From an uncultured Chlamydiaceae bacterium (lineage in GTDB: Bacteria; Chlamydiota; Chlamydiia; Chlamydiales; JAAKFR01), in NCBI GenBank assembly GCA_942490925.1, contig CALNYX010000017.1:888143-952142 (forward strand): a stretch of 64,000 bases of DNA. Direction: 5' to 3'. Positions 51,581 through 59,359 of the stretch are shown here, piece after piece. How positions within the stretch are numbered: position 1 is the first letter of the stretch; the number at the start of each line of letters is the position of its first letter. Below the pieces are notes generated by a model that had not been told where the DNA came from, did not search any database, and saw only the letters and a program-made list of their open reading frames with translations. Position numbers and translations under genes: made by a program.

Positions 51581-51853
51581 TTAACCTATGAGCAATTTAA
51601 CCATCATGTTGACCAACCCCAAACATCCTCGAATGAGAAGATCAATAAAATATATGCTGAACCCAAATGCAAAGATGCATGCTACAACGATCTTTGTATA
51701 AGCTTTCAGCTCTTCTTTGGACGTCCAGTCGACTCTCTTGAGCTCTAGCTTAACTTCGCCCATAAAGCGGACGACTTTTCGCCCATCTGCCGCTTTAGAA
51801 GCAGCGCTCGGACGTCCTTTTTTTGTCTCCATTTTACCAATAGCCTTCTGCAC
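51581..51853 (-). CDS. secE: preprotein translocase subunit SecE
   Basis: A small protein with a basic N-terminus, V.FMGEVK.ELKRV.W and a single C-terminal TM segment, in the conserved position before nusG. Confidence 0.85.
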   Translation of the reverse strand: MQKAIGKMETKKGRPSAASKAADGRKVVRFMGEVKLELKRVDWTSKEELKAYTKIVVACIFAFGFSIYFIDLLIRGCLGLVNMMVKLLIG

Positions 51854-51884
51854 TGTTCATCTACTCGTTTTTCACTTCATTTTC

Positions 51885-51957
51885 CGAGTGCGGAGGGACT
51901 CGAACCCCCGACCGGCGACTTTGGAGATCGCTGCTCTACCAGCTGAGCTACACACCC
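51885..51957 (-). tRNA. trnW: tRNA-Trp (anticodon CCA)
   Basis: Hand-folded 73-nt cloverleaf: acceptor GGGTGTG/CGCACTC, D arm GCTC-AGCTGGTA-GAGC, anticodon arm GCGAT-CTCCAAA-GTCGC, T arm GGGGG-TTCGAGT-CCCTC. CCA is not encoded. Confidence 0.93.
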
Positions 51958-51962
51958 AAACC

Positions 51963-51995
51963 AAAAAAATGAGAGGGAGACGCTCTCCCTCTCAT
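51963..51995 (-). terminator. rho-independent terminator-like hairpin after tuf
   Basis: Perfect 11-bp stem atgagagggag / ctccctctcat (51969-51979 / 51985-51995). On the minus strand it is followed by a T7 run whose first T is the last stem base. It sits 9 nt after the tuf stop and 5 nt before tRNA-Trp. Confidence 0.8.
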
Positions 51996-52004
51996 TAAAG
52001 AACT

Positions 52005-53189
52005 CTACTCAATAATTTTTGAGATTGTTCCAGCGCCAATTGTGCGTCCACCTTCGCGGATGGCAAAGCGCATACCTTCTTCCATCGCTACGGGAGCGAT
52101 TAGCTCGGCTGTAAACTCAACGTTATCACCAGGCATGACCATTTCTGTTCCTTCTGGCAGTGTTACAGAACCTGTAACATCTGTTGTACGGAAGTAGAAT
52201 TGTGGACGGTAGCCAGTGAAAAATGGCTTATGACGACCACCTTCATCTTTTGTCAAAATATAAACTGTTCCTTTGAACTTCTTGTGAGGTGTCACTGTGT
52301 TTGGAGCGCAAAGCACCATTCCACGTTCGATGTCATCTTTCTCAACACCACGCAGCAAAATTCCGACGTTTTCACCAGCACGCGCTTCATCAAGAAGTTT
52401 GTTGAACATTTCAAGACCAGTTGCAACTGTCTCACGTGTATCACGTAGACCAACCATTTGCAGCTTGTCGTTGATTTTCACAACACCACGCTCAACACGT
52501 CCTGTTGCAACAGTTCCACGACCAGAAATTGAGAAAACGTCCTCAACAGGCATCAAAAATGGCTTATCCACTTCACGTGCTGGTGTTGGGATGTGATCAT
52601 CAACAGCTTGCATCAATTCTTTGATGCTTTCAGCGTACTTTGCATCGCCTTCAAGAGCTTTCAGAGCAGAACCTTTGATGATTGGAGTATCTTTGTACCC
52701 TTTCTCTTCAAGAAGCTCTGTCAATTCCATCTCAACAAGCTCGATCAATTCAGCGTCTGCTTCACCGATCATGTCAACTTTGTTCAAGAAGACAACGATT
52801 GAAGGAACACCGACTTGGTGAGCTAAAAGGATGTGCTCTTTTGTTTGAGGCATCGCTCCATCTGTAGCCGCAACCACTAGGATTGCGCCATCCATCTGAG
52901 CAGCACCAGTAATCATGTTTTTAACGTAGTCGGCGTGACCAGGGCAGTCGACGTGCGCGTAGTGGCGTCCGCCTGTTTCGTATTCAACGTGGCTTGAGTT
53001 AATGGTAATTCCACGCGCTCTCTCTTCAGGCGTGTTATCGATTGAAGCGAAATCGCGGGCTTTAGCACCACCGGCTTCAGCTAGGACTTTTGTAATTGCT
53101 GCTGTAAGTGTCGTTTTTCCGTGGTCGACGTGTCCAATAGTTCCGATGTTGACGTGGGGCTTGTCCCTCTGAAATGTCTCCTTTGCCAT
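52005..53189 (-). CDS. tuf: elongation factor Tu
   Basis: [32 protein letters not shown] and NKVD, with full-length EF-Tu similarity. Confidence 0.98.
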   Translation of the reverse strand: MAKETFQRDKPHVNIGTIGHVDHGKTTLTAAITKVLAEAGGAKARDFASIDNTPEERARGITINSSHVEYETGGRHYAHVDCPGHADYVKNMITGAAQMDGAILVVAATDGAMPQTKEHILLAHQVGVPSIVVFLNKVDMIGEADAELIELVEMELTELLEEKGYKDTPIIKGSALKALEGDAKYAESIKELMQAVDDHIPTPAREVDKPFLMPVEDVFSISGRGTVATGRVERGVVKINDKLQMVGLRDTRETVATGLEMFNKLLDEARAGENVGILLRGVEKDDIERGMVLCAPNTVTPHKKFKGTVYILTKDEGGRHKPFFTGYRPQFYFRTTDVTGSVTLPEGTEMVMPGDNVEFTAELIAPVAMEEGMRFAIREGGRTIGAGTISKIIE

Positions 53190-53222
53190 GATTTTCCTCT
53201 TGGTTGTTAATAGTTTTTTTTC

Positions 53223-53294
53223 TGCCCAGAATAGGACTTGAACCTACGACCGCTTGCTTACCATGCAAGTGCTCTACCTCTGAGCTATCTGGGC
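53223..53294 (-). tRNA. trnT: tRNA-Thr (anticodon GGT)
   Basis: Hand-folded 72-nt cloverleaf: acceptor GCCCAGA/TCTGGGC, D arm GCTC-AGAGGTA-GAGC, anticodon arm CTTGC-ATGGTAA-GCAAG, T arm GTAGG-TTCAAGT-CCTAT. Confidence 0.93.
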
Positions 53295-53312
53295 TTGCAA
53301 TAGTGAGGTAGC

Positions 53313-53342
53313 ATACTAGCATGAAAAGAAGAAAAATGGCAA
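53313..53342 (-). promoter_or_regulatory. weak sigma70-like promoter candidate for tRNA-Thr-tuf (TTGCCA-18 nt-TAGTAT)
   Basis: Minus-strand hexamers lie 19-48 nt upstream of the tRNA-Thr 5' end. The spacing is 18 nt and the match to consensus is only partial. Confidence 0.3.
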
Positions 53343-53354
53343 AGCAATATTTTT

Positions 53355-53576
53355 TTAGCGCCCTTGGCGATAAACAATACGGGCTTTGCTTAAGTCGTAT
53401 GGGGACATTTCAACTGTAACCCGATCGCCGACCAGAACGCGGATATTCCGCATACGCATTTTTCCACAGAGGTGACCGATCACCTCTCTCTTATTTTCCA
53501 GAATAATCCGGAAATTCATGTTGGGTAGCAGTTCAACAACTTCCCCTTCTACTCGAATTGAATCTTCTTTAGACAT
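53355..53576 (-). CDS. infA: translation initiation factor IF-1
   Basis: [24 protein letters not shown]......H..GKMR...IR...GD.VTVE.SPYDLSK.RIV.R, a full-length IF-1 pattern. Confidence 0.97.
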   Translation of the reverse strand: MSKEDSIRVEGEVVELLPNMNFRIILENKREVIGHLCGKMRMRNIRVLVGDRVTVEMSPYDLSKARIVYRQGR

Positions 53577-53588
53577 ATAGGAGGCCTG

Positions 53589-53617
53589 TTATAAAAAAGA
53601 GTGGTCCTTCTTGTCAA
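53589..53617 (-). promoter_or_regulatory. sigma70-like promoter candidate for infA (TTGACA-17 nt-TTATAA), 12 nt from the ATG
   Basis: The minus strand reads TTGACA agaaggaccactctttt TTATAA caggcctcctat ATG. The -35 is perfect, and no SD is present on the mRNA strand. Confidence 0.5.
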
Positions 53618-53629
53618 GAATAATTCTCC

Positions 53630-54679
53630 TTGCTATGCTGCTTCCCAATGACATGTTGTGAACGCATATTTTCTGGAATGGCTACGGTTGGCTCAACAAT
53701 TGGGCAAGCTCCGGCTTGCCTTTCTAGGTTTTTCTCTGGGGTTGGAACTGCCTGTGCTAACACAAATGAAGCAACTTCTGAGACCCTTGCTTCTAGAACG
53801 AGCTGCATTACCTCAAGCTGCACCGGATTTAGTCGCACAGTCTATGATTGGACCTTAGAGCCAGTTGGCCGCGCTTCTTGCAAGACCGCAAATTTCATGC
53901 GCGCTCACTGGAAAGATCTCCTTGGCAATGCACTCGCTTGGGGAGCGATTATCGTCCTATGTGGCGCCTTGCACGGCTTTCAAACTGTTTCGCTTCCCAT
54001 GCTCATTGGTACCGGAGCTGGAATTGCAGTTGGCAGTTTAACGGGCATTGTGACCGCTAAACTTTTTGGTGAGAAGGCAAGAGAGAAAACAATCTGGGGT
54101 CTTTTTAACTCTAATATCAACAAACTGCCTCCAAATGGAACAAAAACCCTTCTTTTGGCTGTTGCAACTTCTGCCTATCTCCTGGCAGCGAGCATCATGC
54201 CACATGCAATGGGTGGGATCACGGGACTGATTGTGGGCAATCTGGCTGTGACCATGATTGCATTGACAGCTGCTAAGTGGAGTGATCGTAGAGACGAGGT
54301 TGGCATCACTCGGGAGGAACAAAAAGAACTTGATGGACTGCTACAGAAACGTGAAGATCGTCAATTGGTAAAAGCGGATGAAGTCCGTCGTGCAGTCGAA
54401 CTCTTAAGGCAGAAGGCGTCTAGTGTGCGCACAACGGATGAGACAACAGCTCTTCTTGACCTCAGATCAAAACTCCAAGCGCATGAAACACGTGGAATCC
54501 TAGATGATCAAGCTGGACGCATCCAAAACTTGGAAGCTCAAGTGCAGCAACTTCAAGCGCAACTAGAGCGAGATGCAACCGCAAGACAAGAAGCTGCTGA
54601 GCAAGCACTCGTTGCAGCCCGTGCAGCTTTACCACCCCCTTTATATGGATCTCCAAAAGCTGAAAAACCTCCCGAGTGA
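53630..54679 (+). CDS. Inc-like membrane protein (two bilobed hydrophobic domains plus a C-terminal coiled coil); start uncertain
   Basis: Hydrophobic pairs occur at aa 98-116/121-145 and 172-190/194-215. A charged heptad-like region follows (aa about 225-330, for example IQNLEAQVQQLQAQLERD). The N-terminal 90 aa or so are Ser/Thr/Cys-rich. Alternative Met starts are at 53648, 53678 and 53897, and none has a clear SD. Confidence 0.55.
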   Translation: MLCCFPMTCCERIFSGMATVGSTIGQAPACLSRFFSGVGTACANTNEATSETLASRTSCITSSCTGFSRTVYDWTLEPVGRASCKTANFMRAHWKDLLGNALAWGAIIVLCGALHGFQTVSLPMLIGTGAGIAVGSLTGIVTAKLFGEKAREKTIWGLFNSNINKLPPNGTKTLLLAVATSAYLLAASIMPHAMGGITGLIVGNLAVTMIALTAAKWSDRRDEVGITREEQKELDGLLQKREDRQLVKADEVRRAVELLRQKASSVRTTDETTALLDLRSKLQAHETRGILDDQAGRIQNLEAQVQQLQAQLERDATARQEAAEQALVAARAALPPPLYGSPKAEKPPE

Positions 54680-55031
54680 GCAGGTCTATCAACAGATCAT
54701 GCTTTTTGGAAAACAACTTCCTCCCTTTGACCCTGAATGGAAAAAGGAAGAGAATCTTGTACCTGGCTGTCAAAGCATAATGTATCTCCATGCCTCGCTC
54801 AAAGAGGGACGTCTCTATTTTGCAGCGCATAGTGAAGCGCTCATCTCAGCTGGCCTAGCCGCTATCCTCATCTCTGTATATGACGGTGAAACACCTGAAA
54901 CAATTTTGAAAGCTGAGCCAACCTTCCTCGAAGAGCTCAATATCCCAGGCAGTTTGACGCCAGGGCGTGCCAATGGATTGGCTAGCTTGTGGCTGAAGAT
55001 GAAGCAAGCTGCTCTGAAGGCTTTGATCTGA
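54645..55031 (+). CDS. sufE: SufE-family sulfur acceptor protein
   Basis: ENLVPGCQSIMYLHA (the active-site Cys context), ALISAGLAAIL and LTPGRANGLASL. ATG 54645 gives a family-typical length of about 128 aa; the track ORF begins at 54573. Confidence 0.85.
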   Translation: MDLQKLKNLPSEQVYQQIMLFGKQLPPFDPEWKKEENLVPGCQSIMYLHASLKEGRLYFAAHSEALISAGLAAILISVYDGETPETILKAEPTFLEELNIPGSLTPGRANGLASLWLKMKQAALKALI

Positions 55032-56646
55032 GATCGAACTCGAGTTTCCATTCTCCGCACCAGAGTTCCAAAACACCCAGCTCTGTCACTTTGGCTGTAA
55101 GCTTCACAAGTACGGCCTGCTTCCCCTCTCCTTTCAAGACTGTCTCAATTGGATGAAGCTCCTGCAATTCTCGAAGGGGAAAGGTTTTTCCCACTTCATT
55201 TGGGGCAGGATGGGCAAAGAAGCGAAAAATTGCTGGTTGATTGACAGTAAGACTAAAGGTCTCATCGAGCGTGACGCTGCTCCCCTCTTCCATGCCAAAT
55301 GGAACGATACAGACTGCTTTGAGTGGTGGTGGAATTCCCGGAACGGCTGGCGCCGCTCCCTCAACACCGATGTAGTAACTGCGAGCTGTGCCGGCACGCA
55401 CACGTATCCCCTGTCCAGCACGCACCTTGCCGTAGTAAGCTGCGCCAAGGCTCACGCCAAAGTCAAGGTCTGCATCTGGCAAGATTTTGACGTCTGCTCC
55501 CCACATAGCGAGCTGTTGCAATAGACGTTTTTGAAAGGCATCCGCTTTCATGGTGCCGCCATTGAAAAGAATGGCGGTTGGCAATTCGAGCAGAAAATTG
55601 GCGAGTTGCGCAGTGATGCGCGGATCACGCACATAGGGAAGTGCCAGTGTAGAAAGACCAGCTGCTGGTTGCCTTTCAACTTGCTCTTCAAATGGGACAA
55701 GTGGAAAAAATCCTTCGACAAGCAGCTGCTGTACTTCATCTCTGCTCATGGTAGCTGTCAAGGCTCCTCCAATCAGGCTGCTGCCCCGACCTGGAATCGT
55801 GAGATCAACTTGATCAGGGGCATTTTCAGCTAGCAGCTTCTCTTTGGCTTGACGACAGACATGCACTAAACTTGTGAACTGCCACTCATCAAGCTCTACA
55901 GCAAACTTCTCTTTGGCCATGTAAGCAAGAGCGAGATCCATGTTATCACCACCAAGTAGGAGGTGTTCACCGACAGCTTTCCGTTCAAGCTCGAGGTTTC
56001 CTTCTCGTTCCTGCACGGTAATCAAGCTAAAGTCGGTGGTTCCTCCACCGCTATCCACAACGAGAACGGTGTCTCCAACCTTGAGATGTTGGCGCCAATC
56101 CTCTTCATGCTTGGCAAGCCAGGCATAAAAAGCAGCGAGTGGCTCTTCGAGCAAAACAACGGAGGGGTAACCGGCAAGCTCGGCTGCCTCTTGCACGAGT
56201 TGGCGAGCTGATGGATCAAAGGAGGCGGGCACTGTGAGGAAGACTGTCTGATCGTCAATATGACAGGCTTTTTTGATGTGTTTTAGGTAGGCTCCGCAAA
56301 CTTCGAGCGGGCTTTTCCCTTTGAGAATTGGAGAGCGACGATCGATGCCAGCGTGCGCAAGCCACGATTTGGCAGAGTGAATGACTTGGTCGGGAACTTC
56401 AACGCTCCGCTCTCTTGCATAATGGCCTACAACTCCCTCTTCATAGAAGGAGGGAAGTGTTGGTTTCTCAGCGATCAGATCGCGGTCTATCTGCTGCTCA
56501 ATCGGAGCAATTTTACCATCGATTGCGACGGTACAGTTGGTGGTGCCTAAATCAATGCCAATCACACTTCCACCTCTGCAGGACAAAGGATTGTCTGGTC
56601 TGACTCTCGAATCTGCTTGGGTAGATCCTGCTTTTGCGCTTGCCAC
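54982..56646 (-). CDS. Hsp70-family (actin-fold) ATPase, non-DnaK type; probable true start is GTG 56565
   Basis: IGIDLGTTNCTVA, LTVPASFD, LEEPLAAFYAW, VVDSGGGTTDFSLI, LGGDNMD and LFNGGTMK motifs. The beta-rich C-terminus is short and there is no helical lid. GTG at 56565 overlaps the upstream TGA (GTGA). Confidence 0.85.
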   Translation of the reverse strand: MASAKAGSTQADSRVRPDNPLSCRGGSVIGIDLGTTNCTVAIDGKIAPIEQQIDRDLIAEKPTLPSFYEEGVVGHYARERSVEVPDQVIHSAKSWLAHAGIDRRSPILKGKSPLEVCGAYLKHIKKACHIDDQTVFLTVPASFDPSARQLVQEAAELAGYPSVVLLEEPLAAFYAWLAKHEEDWRQHLKVGDTVLVVDSGGGTTDFSLITVQEREGNLELERKAVGEHLLLGGDNMDLALAYMAKEKFAVELDEWQFTSLVHVCRQAKEKLLAENAPDQVDLTIPGRGSSLIGGALTATMSRDEVQQLLVEGFFPLVPFEEQVERQPAAGLSTLALPYVRDPRITAQLANFLLELPTAILFNGGTMKADAFQKRLLQQLAMWGADVKILPDADLDFGVSLGAAYYGKVRAGQGIRVRAGTARSYYIGVEGAAPAVPGIPPPLKAVCIVPFGMEEGSSVTLDETFSLTVNQPAIFRFFAHPAPNEVGKTFPLRELQELHPIETVLKGEGKQAVLVKLTAKVTELGVLELWCGEWKLEFDLRSKPSEQLASSSATS

Positions 56647-57023
56647 CCTTTGTGGCGAAGCACTCCTTTATAAGGAGCATTTCCTTTCACTTTTCCGACA
56701 ACTTTGATTGCTGAGTGGTCATACCCTTCTGGAATCAGCACTTCTTGCCCTTCACCCTCTTTCAGGACGGGACGGATACTTACCCACTCTTCAAGGCTCT
56801 GCGCGCAATCTTGATGGATGTTGCGCACAGCAGCTCCGATTTGCGCATCTGAAAAAGAGGCGATATCTTCCTTGAGAAAATCGATGAGTCTCCCCTGCTT
56901 TTGCAACAAGTAGAGCAATTTGAGATGAGAGGGATCTTGTTTCTCCTCTTTCCCATCAACAAAAGCTTTTGCTTCGTTTTTGTTTTTCAATGCTTTGAAA
57001 AAAGCTCTCAATGCTAACATCAT
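56562..57023 (-). CDS. DUF2760-like protein (Hsp70-associated)
   Basis: LLYLLQKQGRLIDFLKEDIASFSDAQIGAAVRNIH...GVLRHKGWQA...LCPAEVEV matches my recollection of the DUF2760 family, which is typically adjacent to Hsp70-like genes. Confidence 0.7.
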   Translation of the reverse strand: MMLALRAFFKALKNKNEAKAFVDGKEEKQDPSHLKLLYLLQKQGRLIDFLKEDIASFSDAQIGAAVRNIHQDCAQSLEEWVSIRPVLKEGEGQEVLIPEGYDHSAIKVVGKVKGNAPYKGVLRHKGWQAQKQDLPKQIRESDQTILCPAEVEV

Positions 57024-58216
57024 AATGCCACCACAACTCCAAGTTTTCCTAAGATTTCTACTGAAAAGACCACAAGCGCGTAAAGGGCCACAAGGATCAC
57101 TAGCCCTTTCCCTCCAAAAATGCGATCTTTGTCATCAAATTTTTTCCGATAGCGCCCCACCCAAACCATCAGAGCGGGAAAGAGGCAATTTAAAATGGCA
57201 TCGCCAATGCCGCCAGAGGCATCGAGCGCACGCAAAAAGACATTCTCAATGGTGAACGCAAATAGAAGCGTCGGCACAATCACCAATAGAGCAATGACAA
57301 CAGCGCCCCATGCACGCTTTTGAATTTTTAGGCCATCAGCCAGAAAGTCAGACAATCCAAGCCCTATTCCTAAAAACGAGGTGACAAGCGCAAAAAAGGC
57401 GAAGAGATCGGCTGCCAGGCCCAACCAGGTTTTGCCAACAGCGCTGCCCAAAAATTGTGTGGCAGGCTTTCCATTGGCCAAAGCAGCGGCTAACCCTTGA
57501 TCCCCATCATAAAGGACTGTACCGAGCACAAGCCACTGCCAGATCACATAGAGAAAAAGAGCTCCTGTCGTGCCATATAAAATGGACCGCCGAATCGCTC
57601 TCCCATCTTTTTTCAAATAGATGGTTAAACTGGGCACAATTGTCTGGAAACTGAAAATTGTCATCAATAGCGGGGCAGCCATGAGGGAAGTGCCCCAATT
57701 TTTCCGCATCAACAGCGGCCATTTGACAAAGGGAAGACCTCCACCAATGAGAAAAAAGTAGGAAGCGACAAGGCCAACCATCAAAAGAGCATTGATCCGA
57801 CCGACAATGACGCTTCCGAGGTAGACAATAAAGCCGAGCAGGCAGACAAAAATCAAAAAAGCTGGAGGATCTGAGAGATTAAAAGCGCTCCCCATCATCT
57901 CCCCGCCAGCTGCTGTATAGGCGACAAGTGAGGCGTAACTGATAAAGAGATAGAGCACCCAAGCAAATGCTTTTCCAAGAGGGCCGAGTAGACGGGATGA
58001 CATCGTGATGATGTGCGCTCCCTCCTCCATCCAGAGACTCGCTTCAACGAGGTAGAGCGCTGAGGTTGTCATGAAAGCCCAGCCGATAAGCATCAGAGCA
58101 AATGCGGGCCAAAATCCCATGTTGCCAGTGACGACTGGGAACGCTAGCATCCCACCGCCAATAGCTGTACCTGCGACGAGCAGGGTTGCGCCTAAAACAC
58201 TTCCTTTTTGTTGCAT
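57020..58216 (-). CDS. tyrP: aromatic amino acid (Tyr/Trp) permease, HAAAP family
   Basis: The N-terminus GSVLGATLLVAGTAIGGGMLAFPV is typical of TyrP/Mtr/TnaB. It has about 11 TM segments and a length of 398 aa. Confidence 0.85.
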   Translation of the reverse strand: MQQKGSVLGATLLVAGTAIGGGMLAFPVVTGNMGFWPAFALMLIGWAFMTTSALYLVEASLWMEEGAHIITMSSRLLGPLGKAFAWVLYLFISYASLVAYTAAGGEMMGSAFNLSDPPAFLIFVCLLGFIVYLGSVIVGRINALLMVGLVASYFFLIGGGLPFVKWPLLMRKNWGTSLMAAPLLMTIFSFQTIVPSLTIYLKKDGRAIRRSILYGTTGALFLYVIWQWLVLGTVLYDGDQGLAAALANGKPATQFLGSAVGKTWLGLAADLFAFFALVTSFLGIGLGLSDFLADGLKIQKRAWGAVVIALLVIVPTLLFAFTIENVFLRALDASGGIGDAILNCLFPALMVWVGRYRKKFDDKDRIFGGKGLVILVALYALVVFSVEILGKLGVVVAL

Positions 58217-58249
58217 GGGGGGAAAGATTGGCAGGTTTAAATCTCAATG

Positions 58250-59359
58250 TCAATAGATAAAGTAGAGGCCCGCTGTGGCGCCTTGAGCCCAAAAATCTTT
58301 ATTGTGCAGGGAGAAGAGTGGGGCGCTGGCGCCCGAGAGCGTTCCACCATTTTGCTGGCTTGTGTTGACATTCAAATCCATCTGCTCACCAGCAAGCGCA
58401 ACCTTTGGCCAGTAGATCAGATCATAACCGACAGAAGCGAAGATACCCCTGCATAGTTGGTAGCGCGCGCGGGCATTGAGCATCGACACCGTTTCAAAGG
58501 TGCGACGGGTATGTGGACCAATATTTGTTGGCAATGCGAGCAGTCCACCATTAAATGTATTGCCACCAGTGCGCGTATTGCCCTCAATTTTGACGGTTTC
58601 AATCATATTACCCAAACCAACTTTTCCTACAACATTGAGTACAATCGACTGACCAAACCACTGAATATCAAACCCAACTAGCCCTGCATAGTAGTTGTTG
58701 CGACAATGAAACATATCGGTGCGCAAGGTTTGCACGCTTGACACTGTCGTCCTTGAGCTGAGATCGAAATTATCAAACAGCTGTGTAAACATACCACCTG
58801 CTAGAAGGTCAAATTCCATGTGGCGCGTGCCAGGTCTGCGGTAGCGGGCAAAGAGATCGATCCCCCAGGCGCGATTCGCTGTTTGAATATCAACGCCTCC
58901 ATTGCCAGAAACTGTTGGAAAAGAGAGAAGTTCTGCATCCTGCGCTGCTGAGACGACGTTGAAAAAGGGGCGGGCTAAAATAGGTGAGCCACTGCTATTT
59001 GAGGAGACAGTGAACCCTTTTTTCTCATTGCCAGTGCTAAACACACTTGTTCCAAACCCAATGGTGCGTGTCATCCAAACACCGATATCTGCATGCAATC
59101 CTGAGACTGGTGAATGACCAACTCGATCATCTCCAAAGAGAATCGAGGTGGTCGAGAGCCCAAGAACCCCCGCATTATCTTGCTCTGTGCCAGCTACACT
59201 TGTTGTGACAAGCGCTGGATAGTAACGCTCCTTACGCCAAAAAAGGGCGTAATCCATGCCACCCCACCAACCTGGAAGCATCCAGCGACTAGGGAGTAAT
59301 GCTTCAGCAACAGAGGAGAGACAGAACACCAACAGAGCACAACGAATTAGAGTAAACAA
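58250..59359 (-). CDS. putative outer-membrane beta-barrel protein (porin candidate)
   Basis: Signal peptide (MFTLIRCALLVFCLSSVAEA). The sequence is Gly/Thr/Asn-rich with alternating amphipathic stretches and a C-terminal aromatic end ...TAGLYFIY. No specific family could be confirmed. Confidence 0.6.
   Translation of the reverse strand: MFTLIRCALLVFCLSSVAEALLPSRWMLPGWWGGMDYALFWRKERYYPALVTTSVAGTEQDNAGVLGLSTTSILFGDDRVGHSPVSGLHADIGVWMTRTIGFGTSVFSTGNEKKGFTVSSNSSGSPILARPFFNVVSAAQDAELLSFPTVSGNGGVDIQTANRAWGIDLFARYRRPGTRHMEFDLLAGGMFTQLFDNFDLSSRTTVSSVQTLRTDMFHCRNNYYAGLVGFDIQWFGQSIVLNVVGKVGLGNMIETVKIEGNTRTGGNTFNGGLLALPTNIGPHTRRTFETVSMLNARARYQLCRGIFASVGYDLIYWPKVALAGEQMDLNVNTSQQNGGTLSGASAPLFSLHNKDFWAQGATAGLYFIY

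Noticed and set aside
53614-53838. 74-aa minus-strand ORF (GTG start) immediately upstream of infA.
   Set aside because: It has no SD, and its 3' end would run through the infA -35 element. It overlaps the N-terminal region of the plus-strand Inc-like ORF. I kept it only as a caveat on that gene's start.
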